Shown here: positions 25,387-36,740 of the stretch, piece after piece
Numbering within the stretch: the stretch's first letter is position 1
Layout: each line of letters begins with the position of its first letter
NCBI GenBank assembly: GCA_044229175.1
Contig: JBGATM010000020.1
Location: 1,754 to 65,753 of the forward strand
Reading direction: 5' to 3'
Origin: Vicinamibacteria bacterium
Lineage (GTDB): Bacteria > Acidobacteriota > Vicinamibacteria > Fen-336 > JAGNNV01
DNA length: 64,000 nucleotides
Program-made: the position numbers and the translations under genes
The notes under the pieces: model-generated
Seen by the model: only the letters and a program-made list of their open reading frames with translations
Told to the model about the DNA's origin: nothing
Databases searched by the model: none

Positions 25387-26739
25387 TCAGCCGCCGATGA
25401 TGCCGAGGGGCGGGCGGCTCTTCCACCGGCCGCGGGTGAAGTCGGGGACGTCGACCGCCTTCGATCGCGACGCGGTGGAGGTGGCGGTCAGCTCGACCAT
25501 GCAACTCCACGCCGCCGCGTCGTAGACGTCGTAGTCGGTGGGCAGGCCCTGCTGGAGGCATTCCATGAGGCGCAGGTCTTCGAGGAAGTCCATGCCGCCG
25601 TGTCCGTTCTTCGCGTTGATCACGCGGTCGGCCTTCCACAACGGATGGTCCCACTGCGCCGCGAAGTCCTCCAGGGGCGCGTACCGGTGGGCCGGCTTCT
25701 GCCCGTCGAAGTAGAACCGCGGCGGAAAACCGGAGTAGATGCCCTTGCTGCCCTGGAAGACGTTGTAGCGAGCGTAGGGCCGGGGCAGGTTCGTATCGTG
25801 GACGAGGTAGATGGTCTTGCCGAGCTTCGTCCTGATCATCGCGGTATGGACATCGCCAAGAACGTAGCGTTCCTTCCGTCGCGGATCGTCTTCGGGCAGA
25901 TGCTCGCGCTGAAAGTCCTGGAGCCCGCGCGAATTGCCGGCCATGGCCACGAGATAGTCGAATTGATCGCCGCGATTCACCCCCATGGCCTGGGCCGCGG
26001 GGCCGAGGCCGTGGGTGGGATACAGGTTCGCGTTGAGTCGCGTGGCGTGAGCGCGCCGCCACAGCCCTTCGTCGCGATTCTCGAACTTGATCTCGCGCAG
26101 ATCGTGCTGATAGCCGACCTCGGCGTGCATGGCCTCGCCGAAGAGTCCCTTGCGCAGCATGTGAAGGACCATCATCTCGGGCCGGTCGTAGCAGCAGTTC
26201 TCCATGAGGACGCAGTGCTTCTGCAGCTTCTCGGAGGTTTCGACGAGCTTCCAGCAATCCTCGACGGTCTGGGCCGCGGGGACTTCGGTGGCCGCGTGCT
26301 TCCCGTGGTTCATGGCCGCGAGCATGACCGGCACGTGCCACTCCCATGGGGTCGCGGTGTAGACGAGGTCGAGATCCTCCTCGGCGCACAGGCGCTCGAA
26401 GTCACGCGGTCCCCGGGTGTAGGCCCTGGGCTCGCGCTTCCCCGCGTCCTTCGCGAGCTTCTGCGCCCGCTCGGTCTTCTCGGGAACGATGTCGCACACC
26501 GCCCTCAACTCGACGCCTTCGATGTCGAGCAGATTCTTGATGTGCTCCGTGCCCTGCAGGCCGCAGCCCACGAACCCCACCCGCACCAGGGGTAGAGGGG
26601 CGACCTTGAAGAAGTCCGTCGCGTGCTCCGCTGGCGAAGCCTGGGCGGCGTTCGCGGCGGCAGCGCCCAGGGTCGTCACCGCCGAGGCGGCGGCGCTTGC
26701 TTCGATGAACTTCCGGCGGGTGATGCTGTGGTCGGTCAT
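25387..26739 (-). CDS. TAT-exported Gfo/Idh/MocA oxidoreductase (GH109-like)
   Basis: Twin-arginine leader ITRRKFIEASAAASAV. Rossmann VRVGFVGCGLQGTEHI, and the overall pattern of NAD-dependent GH109/Gfo-Idh-MocA proteins. Confidence 0.85.
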   Translation of the reverse strand: MTDHSITRRKFIEASAAASAVTTLGAAAANAAQASPAEHATDFFKVAPLPLVRVGFVGCGLQGTEHIKNLLDIEGVELRAVCDIVPEKTERAQKLAKDAGKREPRAYTRGPRDFERLCAEEDLDLVYTATPWEWHVPVMLAAMNHGKHAATEVPAAQTVEDCWKLVETSEKLQKHCVLMENCCYDRPEMMVLHMLRKGLFGEAMHAEVGYQHDLREIKFENRDEGLWRRAHATRLNANLYPTHGLGPAAQAMGVNRGDQFDYLVAMAGNSRGLQDFQREHLPEDDPRRKERYVLGDVHTAMIRTKLGKTIYLVHDTNLPRPYARYNVFQGSKGIYSGFPPRFYFDGQKPAHRYAPLEDFAAQWDHPLWKADRVINAKNGHGGMDFLEDLRLMECLQQGLPTDYDVYDAAAWSCMVELTATSTASRSKAVDVPDFTRGRWKSRPPLGIIGG

Positions 26740-26766
26740 GGGTGTCAGAGGTTCCTCCGCCCGAGT

Positions 26767-27480
26767 CTAGAACGGCGAGTACTGGCGGGCCGCGGGGACG
26801 CTCGCGAACGCGTCGTCCTCCGCGATCCACGCGGTGAGGCGTCCGCCCCAGACGCATCCGGTGTCGAGACCGCGAAGGCCCGGGCGCTTGACCAGGCCGG
26901 GCCGCGCCCAGTGCCCGAAAACGATGGTCTCCTTGAACCGGCCCTCGACATGCTCATGCCAGGGCCGGTAGCCGGGGCCGCGAGGCGGATCGGTCTCGGG
27001 CCGGGGCATGTTGCCCTTCTCGTCGCACCACCGGAGCCGGGTGGCTATGTCGATATTGGGATGCCGCACCTCCGGGTTCAGCCCCGAAAGCTCCTTCACC
27101 GGATCCGTCCAGGCCGGGCTCAGTCCGGCGTGCACGAGGATGACTCCGGGCCAGGTCCTGATGAAAGGCTTCGCTCGCAGCCAGGCCAGAAGCTCGTCGC
27201 AGTCGGGCGCGGCGAGCAGGGGATCGAGGGTGTCTCCCGGCTTCTGCCGTCTCTCGCCCCGGCGCGCGGCCAGGAGGTGGAGGTCGTGGTTGCCGAGGAC
27301 GCCGCCGGCGCCGAGCGACTTCAGGAGGCGCAGGGTGCCGAGCGAATCGGGGCCTCGATTGACGAAGTCGCCCACGGGCTCGAGCCGGTCCTTCGCGGGG
27401 TCGAACCGCAGAACCGCGAGCAGGCGCTCGAGTTCGTCGCGGCATCCCTGAATGTCACCGATGAAGATGCGTCGGCTCAT
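26767..27480 (-). CDS. apaH: symmetrical bis(5'-nucleosyl)-tetraphosphatase
   Basis: MSRRIFIGDIQGCRDELERLL, GDFVNRGPDS, GNHDLHLL and VHAG: calcineurin-like metallophosphatase motifs in ApaH order. Confidence 0.88.
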   Translation of the reverse strand: MSRRIFIGDIQGCRDELERLLAVLRFDPAKDRLEPVGDFVNRGPDSLGTLRLLKSLGAGGVLGNHDLHLLAARRGERRQKPGDTLDPLLAAPDCDELLAWLRAKPFIRTWPGVILVHAGLSPAWTDPVKELSGLNPEVRHPNIDIATRLRWCDEKGNMPRPETDPPRGPGYRPWHEHVEGRFKETIVFGHWARPGLVKRPGLRGLDTGCVWGGRLTAWIAEDDAFASVPAARQYSPF

Positions 27481-27516
27481 GGGAAGGGAGGCTACACGCC
27501 GGGAACGAGAAAGGGC

Positions 27517-28431
27517 TCAGCGCCTCGTGGAGCGCAGGCTGCGGCCCTTCGCGGCGTACATCACCTGGTCGGCGCGGGACAAGGCGGTGGCGATGTCCTC
27601 GCCGGGCAGGCGCAGGGCTACGCCGAAGTTGAACGCGGCCGGGCTGTCGCGCTTCGCCGCCTCGATGATGCGATCCACGATGGGATGCCCATCGTTGTGC
27701 GAGGCGGTCCTGATGAAGAGGGCGAACTCGTCGCCTCCCAGGCGGACCAGGATGTCTCCGCTGCGGTGGAGGCGAAGCAGGAAATGAGCGAAGGCCTGAA
27801 GCACCCGATCTCCCTCTTCATGACCATAGGTGTCGTTGATGACCTTGAAACCGGTGAGATCGAACACCAGGCACGCCCAGTGGGCCCCCTCCTGCTCGAG
27901 TTCCGCGCGCCGTCTTTCCAGAAAGCGGCGATTGAAGCAGCCGGTGAGGGGGTCGCGGAGGCTCAGCTCCTCGAGTTTCGCCTCCATCTCCCGGCGGGCG
28001 GTGATGTCGCGCACGATCGTCCGCATGCGATAGGGGCGGCCGGTCGTGTCTAGAACGAAGGTCGAGTGGGTCTCGGCGGGGAAGTGCGAGCCATCCTTCC
28101 GCCGCATGGTGAACTCACGGAGATCCTGGGACTTTGTGCGCACGTAGACCTTGCCCCCGCCCTCCCGGAAGCCCTGCTCGATGCGCTCACGGGTCTCGGC
28201 CTGGGCCCGCTGGTACTCGCCCTCGGCGAAGATGTCCCTCGCGGTCATGGCCAGGGCTTCCTCGGGCGAACAGCGGAAGATCTGACAGGCCAGGCGATTC
28301 ATGAAGAGCACGCGCTCGGTCGCGATGTCTCCTTCGAGGAGGGCGTCCGGAAACTCGAGGCGGAGATTCTCGAGATCCTGCCGCAGGGCGGCGAGTTCGG
28401 CTTTGAGAGCTTCGATCTCCGTCATGGGCAT
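27517..28431 (-). CDS. PAS-GGDEF diguanylate cyclase
   Basis: From ATG 28431: a coiled N-terminus, a PAS region, then [11 protein letters not shown] and LGGDEFALF (GGDEF). The track ORF's extension to 28830 overlaps pdxJ antisense and is rejected. Confidence 0.85.
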   Translation of the reverse strand: MPMTEIEALKAELAALRQDLENLRLEFPDALLEGDIATERVLFMNRLACQIFRCSPEEALAMTARDIFAEGEYQRAQAETRERIEQGFREGGGKVYVRTKSQDLREFTMRRKDGSHFPAETHSTFVLDTTGRPYRMRTIVRDITARREMEAKLEELSLRDPLTGCFNRRFLERRRAELEQEGAHWACLVFDLTGFKVINDTYGHEEGDRVLQAFAHFLLRLHRSGDILVRLGGDEFALFIRTASHNDGHPIVDRIIEAAKRDSPAAFNFGVALRLPGEDIATALSRADQVMYAAKGRSLRSTRR

Positions 28432-28519
28432 GCCTCGAACAATTTTCAGAGTATAGGCGGCGTTCCCCGAGTCGGCGGCCCTCCGCTGGCCCGCCCGCTC
28501 ATCGGATAATGAGCCACCG

Positions 28520-29278
28520 ATGGCCATCGCACTTTCCGTGAATCTCAACAAAGTGGCGCTCCTCCGCAATTCCCGGGGCGGCTCCAACCCCGCGCCCCGG
28601 ATCGCGGCCGAGACCTGCCTCGAGGCCGGCGCTTCCGGGATCACCCTGCACTGGCGCCGGGACAGCCGGCACACTCGCGAGTCGGACGTGCGCGACCTTC
28701 GCGCCTTGTGCGGGGAACGTCGCGCGGAGTTCAACCTCGAAGGCGATCTGCGGAAGGAGTTGATCGACCTGGCCTGCGAGATCCGGGTGGACCAGTGCAC
28801 CCTGGTGCCGGTGACGCCGGGCGAGATCACGAGCGATCACGGCTTCTCGCTGCCCGGGGAGGCGCCCGCGATCATGCCCGCCATCGCGCGGTTGAACGAC
28901 CGGGGGATCCGCACCTCGATCTTCGTGGATGCGAACGCGAGCATGATGGAGGAAGCCGCGAAGACGGGGGCCCGGAGGATCGAGATCTACACCGGTCCGT
29001 ACGCCGAGGCCCAGGGGACCGCGACCGCCGAGGCCGAGTTCATCCGCGTGCGCGACACCGCCCGCGCCGCGGTGGCGTGCGGCCTGGGAGTCAACGCCGG
29101 GCACGATCTCGATCTGCGCAACCTCCCGCGCCTCGCGCGCGAGGTGCCGGAGATCGACGAGACCTCGATCGGCCACGCCATCATCGCCGATGCGCTGTAC
29201 CTCGGCCTCGCCGAAACGATCCGTCGCTACCTCGCCGCCTGCCGCGGGGAGATGGTCGAGGCCCCCACCACGCATTGA
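28520..29278 (+). CDS. pdxJ: pyridoxine 5'-phosphate synthase
   Basis: [36 protein letters not shown] and EIYTGPYA blocks are characteristic of PdxJ. Confidence 0.92.
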   Translation: MAIALSVNLNKVALLRNSRGGSNPAPRIAAETCLEAGASGITLHWRRDSRHTRESDVRDLRALCGERRAEFNLEGDLRKELIDLACEIRVDQCTLVPVTPGEITSDHGFSLPGEAPAIMPAIARLNDRGIRTSIFVDANASMMEEAAKTGARRIEIYTGPYAEAQGTATAEAEFIRVRDTARAAVACGLGVNAGHDLDLRNLPRLAREVPEIDETSIGHAIIADALYLGLAETIRRYLAACRGEMVEAPTTH

Positions 29279-29294
29279 CGCCGCGCGGCCGCGG

Positions 29295-31012
29295 TCAGCG
29301 GTCGGGGGTGACGATCCGCGGTCGCAGCAATCTCACCCGCATGTCCCCGTACTTGCTCGGCCCGTCCCGGTCGAAGCACACATCGTAGTCTTCGGGCACG
29401 CGATACCCGGCGATCGCCAAATCGCCGAGCCGGAGCGCGTGGTCGTTCAGGAGCACGAAACTTCTGCGAAGGCGCGACTCGGGCACGTGCGACAGCGCGA
29501 ACGTGATCGCCTCCCTGACCCGGTTGCCGTCGCGCGGAAAGAACGACGTCGCGGGCGAAACTCCTCCCAGGGCGAAGACGAAGCCGGGCATCTCCAGCAG
29601 GCCGATGATGTCCTGTCCCGGCGAGAACCCGCATTCCCGGGCCGCGGTCCCCAGCCGTCCTAGGAAACGCGCGGTTTGCCGATCGGTGAGGATCGACGTC
29701 GGGGTCTGTCCCATGGTGATCTTCACGGTCTGTTCCGAGAAGGGCGCGGTGAGCCCGTAGGGACTGGTGAAGGGAGCGGTGGTCGATGCGAAGGCCGCGA
29801 GCAGTGCCGGGACGGCGCAGCGGAGCAGGCGCTCCGCGCCCCCGAACCGGGAATTGGACATGCAGACGGGGACGAGCACGAACCAGGGCATCATGTAGAA
29901 GGCGAGCGCCGCTGAGAGATTCTTGTTGGTTCCCAGGGCGCCCACGAAGGGCAGGGCCAGCCCGGCGAGAAGGATCGGCCAGCGGTCGCGCCGGAACATC
30001 CGGGCAACGAGGTCGCGGCTCGGACCCGCGGCCACGATGATCGCCGAAAGGATGGCCGCCGTGGTTTGCCCTCCTCGCGCTGCGGACCTCCCGCCCAGCA
30101 GGGCGTTTTCGAATTGCAGCACCAGGAGAAGCACGAGGAGGGGAAGAAGCGAGGCGATCGCGCGCGGTCGGAACCTTCGACACAGGAGAGCCGTGAGAAG
30201 CGGCAGAGCTGCGTAGGCGGCAGTCTGGCCGGCCGCCCGAGCGCTCTGGACCGCGTAGCGCCCGAGCGCCGCTGCAGGAGCGTAGCCGGACCCCCTCAGT
30301 TTCACTTCCTCCAGGCCGCTGGTCAGCACTTCGTAGATCTCGCGTGGCGAATGGACCGTGAGCGGCACCAGGCCGGCAATTGCCGCGCCCGACAGAAGCC
30401 AGAAGACGCTTCGAGCCGACCGGCGAGCCGTTCCGACCCAGATCACGGCCGCGCCCAGGGCCAGAATCGCGGGCGGCTTCGAGGCCGCCGCGACCGCCAG
30501 CGAAAAGCCGGCTCCCAGCAGGGCCAGCCGGCCGGGCCCGCCCCCGGGCGAAAGGGCCACGAGCAGGAGGCCGAAACCCATGGCGAGGCCCCATGGGGTC
30601 AGGTGGTCGTAGGTGGGGACCGACATACCGTACGTGTAATTGATCAGCGCGCCCATGGCCATGACCGGGAACAGACTCGCCGCCCCCGGTCCATCCTCTT
30701 CCCGAAGCCATCGCGCGACCCCCGTGGCCAGGGCCCAGGCGGCGGCCATGAGCAGAGCGAGGCCCAGGTGCCGCATGTTGGCGATATCGCCTCCGGCCAG
30801 GGCGAAGAGAGGGGCGGTGAAGTCGAAGAAGAGCGACGGAAACACCCGCATCTCCGCGGGATTGGCGGAGGCCAGGAGGGAAAAGCCTTCGTCGGTGAAG
30901 TCGAGGCCCCGTCCCCCGATGGAGACGCGGAACGCCACCGCCGCGAACAAGGCGGCCCACAGGCAACTCTGCAGGACGCGCTGGGCCTTCGAGGTCTGAA
31001 GACCCGCCGGCA

Positions 31013-31013
<1 letters not shown>
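29295..31013 (-). CDS. large polytopic membrane protein (hypothetical; GT-C-like topology)
   Basis: 572 aa with more than 10 hydrophobic segments followed by a soluble C-terminal ~150 aa. Its start overlaps the gltA stop (ATGA). Confidence 0.65.
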
Positions 31014-32311
<1,298 letters not shown>

Positions 32312-32383
32312 GTCTTTGTCTCGCGGCTCCCTTGACCGCCTTGTCCACACGCGAGGCTAGCAAAGGTCGCTCGGGACTGAAAA

Positions 32384-34015
32384 TCAGACGGCGGCGCGGG
32401 TGGACAGGGTGAAGCACACCGTGGTCCCCAGGCCGCGCCCGGGCGATTCCACCCAGAGCTTTCCGCCATGAACCTCCACGACCCGCTTCACGATGGCGAG
32501 CCCCACTCCCGTCCCCCGGCTTCGATCGTCGAGCTTCTCGAAGAGCCCGACCATCCGGCCGAGATTCTCGGGAGCGACCCCCTCGCCGTTGTCCTGGACG
32601 AAGAACACGGGACGGCCATCCGAGGCTCCGGGTCGCCACCCCACGACGATCCGGGGATTCTTCTGGCTGCCGAAAAACTTGGCCGAGTTGTCGAGGAGGT
32701 TCAGCAGGACCTGAACGAGGCGCGATCGATCTCCGTACACATCGGGGAGGTCGTCCTGGATCTGCACCCGGGCGTGGGCTTCGTCCAGCCGTCCGCGAAC
32801 CAGGTCCATCGCCTCCTGGACGAGGTCCGCGAAGGCCAGGCGTTCCGGACGGTGGACGGTCCGCCCGATCAGGGACAGTTTCAGGAGCTCCTCGAGGAGG
32901 GTCTGCATTCTCGCGGTCGCGGTCAGGATCCGCTGCACATCCACGCCGAGGCGATCGTAGCGGCCGTCCTTGACGTCCCTCTCGATGGAGCCGAGGAAGC
33001 CGCGGACGGTGATGAGGGGGCTCTTCAGGTCATGGGACACCGTGTAGGTGAAGCGCTCGAGTTCCGCGTTCTTCTGCTCGAGCTCCTGGATGAGCCGGTC
33101 CCGCTCGGCTTCCGCGAGCCTTCGGTCGGTGACGTCCACCACCGTGCCGTTGACGCGTCGACCGGGGCCGTGGCGTCTGGTGGAGCGCCCCTGAACCTGG
33201 ACCCAGTGGATCGACCCGTCGGCCCAGACCACGCGGTGGAGAATCTCGAAGTCGTCCCGGACGCCCGAGAGGACCTCGCCCAGCGCCTTCCCGACCGCGG
33301 CGAGGTCCTCGGGGTGGACCCTGCGAAGGTATTCGGCCTGGGAGCCGTCGGAGGTCCTTTCCGGCAGTCCGAAGATCGCCTGCGCGCGTTCGGACGAGTG
33401 CACCACGCGCGAGGCGGTGTCCCACTCCCAGATGCCCATGTGTGAAGCGTCGAGGGCCAGGAGCAGACGCTCCTCGCTGGTCCGCAGGGCCTCCTGCCGG
33501 TCCCGCTCCAGTTCGTCGCGGTGGATCATGAGCATGATCGCGAGACCGCTGCCGATGGCCACGAGCGTGAGGGGGAGGGTGATCGCGGTCAGGTCGGGAA
33601 CTCGCGTGGGGATGAGCCAGGGAGTCAGGAGAAGGAAGGCGAAACAGCCCGCGTCGAAGAGGATGGCGCCCCGGCGGCTGAGCAGGAGGGTCGAGGCCAG
33701 GACTCCGATGATCAGGTACGAGAAGGTAACGGCGGGGCCGGCGCCCGAGAGCACGGTGACCAGCGTGACCATGGGGAACATCAGCAGGGTCATGGTCGCC
33801 GCCACCGAATAGTGCCCCATGCGGTTCAGGGCGGCGGCCGAGAACAGGAAGGCGTATCCATACCAGGGCAGCTTGTAGCCGGGCTGGGTGAGCACCGAGA
33901 CGAGGTCGGTGCTGCCGAACACCCCGGTCATCAGCAGCAGAAAGGTCGACAGCAGCCTGGTACGGCGCCGGGTTTCCGGGTCCGGCGCGGTATGCGCGTA
34001 GCTGCCCGGGGTCAC
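32384..34015 (-). CDS. membrane sensor histidine kinase (TM region - PAS - HisKA - HATPase)
   Basis: Six hydrophobic helices, a PAS region (GIWEWD...VHPEDL), the H-box FTYTVSHDLKSPL, an N box (LLNLLDNSAKF), and G boxes DNGEGV / GTGVGLAIV. Confidence 0.88.
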   Translation of the reverse strand: MTPGSYAHTAPDPETRRRTRLLSTFLLLMTGVFGSTDLVSVLTQPGYKLPWYGYAFLFSAAALNRMGHYSVAATMTLLMFPMVTLVTVLSGAGPAVTFSYLIIGVLASTLLLSRRGAILFDAGCFAFLLLTPWLIPTRVPDLTAITLPLTLVAIGSGLAIMLMIHRDELERDRQEALRTSEERLLLALDASHMGIWEWDTASRVVHSSERAQAIFGLPERTSDGSQAEYLRRVHPEDLAAVGKALGEVLSGVRDDFEILHRVVWADGSIHWVQVQGRSTRRHGPGRRVNGTVVDVTDRRLAEAERDRLIQELEQKNAELERFTYTVSHDLKSPLITVRGFLGSIERDVKDGRYDRLGVDVQRILTATARMQTLLEELLKLSLIGRTVHRPERLAFADLVQEAMDLVRGRLDEAHARVQIQDDLPDVYGDRSRLVQVLLNLLDNSAKFFGSQKNPRIVVGWRPGASDGRPVFFVQDNGEGVAPENLGRMVGLFEKLDDRSRGTGVGLAIVKRVVEVHGGKLWVESPGRGLGTTVCFTLSTRAAV

Positions 34016-34223
34016 GGCGCCGTGGTTCGCCGGTGTGTGGAGTCGGAAGCCGAGACGGTGTTCGTCACTGACTGGATTCTAGATCCCATCAAAAAGGCCT
34101 GCGGTGGCGCGTGTTCCCATATCCGCAAAGGCCGCGTTCGGAAACGAACATCCGCGGCCTTCATTTTCCCCGCCCGCCTGCGTTCTCCGGAGGTGCGCAG
34201 GTCCATTTCCTCCCGTGCAGGAG

Positions 34224-34239
34224 TGGCACGGCCATTGCA
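34224..34239 (+). promoter_or_regulatory. sigma54 (-24/-12) promoter, perfect consensus
   Basis: TGGCACGgccaTTGCA equals TGGCACG-N4-TTGCA. The predicted +1 is near 34250, only ~4 nt before the permease ATG at 34254. Confidence 0.55.
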
Positions 34240-34253
34240 AACCAGCAGCCCTC

Positions 34254-36686
34254 ATGTCGCTCATCTCGAACCTTCGCCTGGCCCTGCGGTCCCTGCTGAA
34301 GCATCGGGCTTTCAGCGGCATGGCCGTGCTCATCCTGGCCCTCGGCATCGGGGCCAACACCGCGATCTTCAGCGTGGTGAGCGCGGTGCTGATCCGTTCG
34401 CTGCCCTACGGAGACCCGGCCTCCCTGGTGACCGTGTTCGGGGATGGGGTGGCGCGCGGCCAGGGGGGCCGCCTGCCGGTGACCGCGGGCGACTTCGCCT
34501 GGTGGCGAGAACGGGCCCGGGCGTTCAGCGGCCTCGCGGCGCTTCGCAACGAGAGCCGGCGCATCACCAGCGTGGAGACCCCGGTGGTTCCCCTGGTTCA
34601 CGCGGTGAGCGCGAACTATTTCGATGTCCTCGGCGCCCCCCCCGCCCTCGGCCGCGGTTTCCGCCCCGGGGAGGACGAACCGGGGCACACCAACGTCGTG
34701 GTCCTCGGCTATGGAATCTGGCAGACCGTCTACGGCGGCGATCCCTCGGTGATCGGGCGAAGCATCGACCTGGACGGCCAGCCGCACACGGTGGTGGGCG
34801 TGATGGGCCGCGACTTCTTCTCCGCGCACCAGTTCTCGAACGTGCAGCCGGGGCTCTTCCTTCCCAAGGCGTTCTCGCTGCTGCGCGACGAGCACGCGAC
34901 GCGCGACATCCTGGTCTATGGCCGCGTGGCCCCGGGCCAGACCCTGGCCGCGGCCCAGGCCGAGATGACCGCGATCACCGCGGATCTCGCGCGGCAGCAT
35001 CCGGACACCAACGATCGCTGGGGTGCTTCGGTCGTGCCCATCCGGGAGCTCGCGGTGGGGCAGTTCGGGCCCACCGGCGTCATCCTGCTCGCCGCGGTCT
35101 CGCTCGTGCTCCTGATCGCGTGCGCCAACGTCGCGAACCTCACCCTCAGCCGCGCGAGCGAGCGCTCGCGCGAGGTGGCGCTTCGCGTGGCGCTCGGGGG
35201 CAGCCGCGGCCGGATCGTCTCCCAGTTGCTCACGGAGAGCCTGCTGCTCTCCCTCACCGGCGGCGCGCTCGGCGCATTGATCGCGTTCCTGGCTGCCGAT
35301 CCGCTGGCCCGAATGATCCCGGCCCAGGCGGGCGTGCCTTTCCTCGACCGCGTGGGCGTCGACGGGCCGGTGCTCGCCTTCACTCTTCTCATCTCCGTGG
35401 CCTCGGGTCTGCTCTTCGGCCTCTTCCCCGCGCGCGAGGCCACTCGCGTGGATCTCGTCGATGTCCTGCGCGAGGGCGGCCGCAGTCAGGTCTCCTCGAG
35501 GGGCCGGCGGTTCCGCAACGGCCTCGTAGTGGCCGAGGTCGGTCTCGCCGTGGTGGTGGCGGCCGCGGCCGGCCTGATGGTCCGCAGCTTCGACGGTCTT
35601 CAGGGAGTTTCGCCCGGCTTCGATGCCGAGCGCGTCCTCACCCTGCGCACTTCGCTTCGCGGCGAGGAGTTCGCGACACCCGCATCCCGGGTGGCGCACT
35701 TCGAGGAACTGAAGCGTCGTCTCGAAGCGATCCCCGGGATTGCCCGGGTCACGGCCACGAGCTTCGAGCCGCCCATGCCCGCCGCCGGCGTGTTCGGGGG
35801 TGCGAGGTTGTCGCTTCCCGGGGCGCCGGATGATGCGGCCTCGGCCCCTTCCGCGGTCGCGAGCATCGTCATGCCCGACTTCTTCGAAACTCTGGGCGTG
35901 CCCGTCATCAAGGGACGGGGCATCACCGCCGACGACCGGTCGGACGCGCGACGGGTGGTGGTCATCAATCGCGCGATGGCCGACAAGTACTTCCCCGGCG
36001 TCGATCCGCTCGGACGCACGTTTGCCCTCTACGGCCCAAACGCTCCGCAGATGCAGATCGTGGGGGTGGTGGGCGACGTGATGAGCGCAGGGACCGACCC
36101 CACGCCCCGGCCGGTCTTCTACACCCCGTACGCGCAGAATCCCCTTCCGGTGATGACCGTGCTGATGCGGGTGCCCCAGGGGAACCCCATGGCGGTGGCG
36201 CGCGAGGCCGAGGTCGCTGCGTGGTCCCTGTCGCGTTCCACGAACGTGTACTTCGTCCAGACCCTCGCCCGGAAAATCGAAGACCTCAACTGGCGTCCCC
36301 GGCTCGGCGCCTCGCTCCTCGGCGCTTTCGCCGTCCTTGCCCTGATCCTGGGCGCGGTGGGCATCTACGCGGTGATCTCGTACACCGTGCTGCAACGACA
36401 GACCGAGATCGGCCTGCGCATGGCGCTCGGCGCGCGGGCCTCCGGGGTGCTGGCCATGGTGTTGCGCGGGGGCCTCGGCCTCACCGCGCAGGGTGTCCTT
36501 GGCGGTCTCGTCGCCTCTCTCCTCGTCACTCGCGGCCTCAAGGGGTTCTTGTACGGCGTTTCTCCCGGCGATCCGCTGACCCTCGCCGGGGTGTCTCTGA
36601 TCCTGCTCCTCGTGGCCTCCGTCGCGTGTCTCATCCCCGCCTATCGAGCGAGCCGGCTGAACCCGGGCGTGGTGCTGAAAGAGTAG
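34254..36686 (+). CDS. ADOP-family duplicated FtsX/MacB-type ABC permease
   Basis: MSLISNLRLALRSLLKHRAFSGMAVLILALGIGANTAIFSVV is the typical N-terminus. There are two MacB-PCD/FtsX repeats, and a C-terminal ...AYRASRLNPGVVLKE. 810 aa. Confidence 0.9.
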   Translation: MSLISNLRLALRSLLKHRAFSGMAVLILALGIGANTAIFSVVSAVLIRSLPYGDPASLVTVFGDGVARGQGGRLPVTAGDFAWWRERARAFSGLAALRNESRRITSVETPVVPLVHAVSANYFDVLGAPPALGRGFRPGEDEPGHTNVVVLGYGIWQTVYGGDPSVIGRSIDLDGQPHTVVGVMGRDFFSAHQFSNVQPGLFLPKAFSLLRDEHATRDILVYGRVAPGQTLAAAQAEMTAITADLARQHPDTNDRWGASVVPIRELAVGQFGPTGVILLAAVSLVLLIACANVANLTLSRASERSREVALRVALGGSRGRIVSQLLTESLLLSLTGGALGALIAFLAADPLARMIPAQAGVPFLDRVGVDGPVLAFTLLISVASGLLFGLFPAREATRVDLVDVLREGGRSQVSSRGRRFRNGLVVAEVGLAVVVAAAAGLMVRSFDGLQGVSPGFDAERVLTLRTSLRGEEFATPASRVAHFEELKRRLEAIPGIARVTATSFEPPMPAAGVFGGARLSLPGAPDDAASAPSAVASIVMPDFFETLGVPVIKGRGITADDRSDARRVVVINRAMADKYFPGVDPLGRTFALYGPNAPQMQIVGVVGDVMSAGTDPTPRPVFYTPYAQNPLPVMTVLMRVPQGNPMAVAREAEVAAWSLSRSTNVYFVQTLARKIEDLNWRPRLGASLLGAFAVLALILGAVGIYAVISYTVLQRQTEIGLRMALGARASGVLAMVLRGGLGLTAQGVLGGLVASLLVTRGLKGFLYGVSPGDPLTLAGVSLILLLVASVACLIPAYRASRLNPGVVLKE

Positions 36687-36740
36687 CCGCCGCGCGCGGC
36701 GCCTCCCGCCGCGATTAGAGTTCCTTCTTTGGAGGATCTC

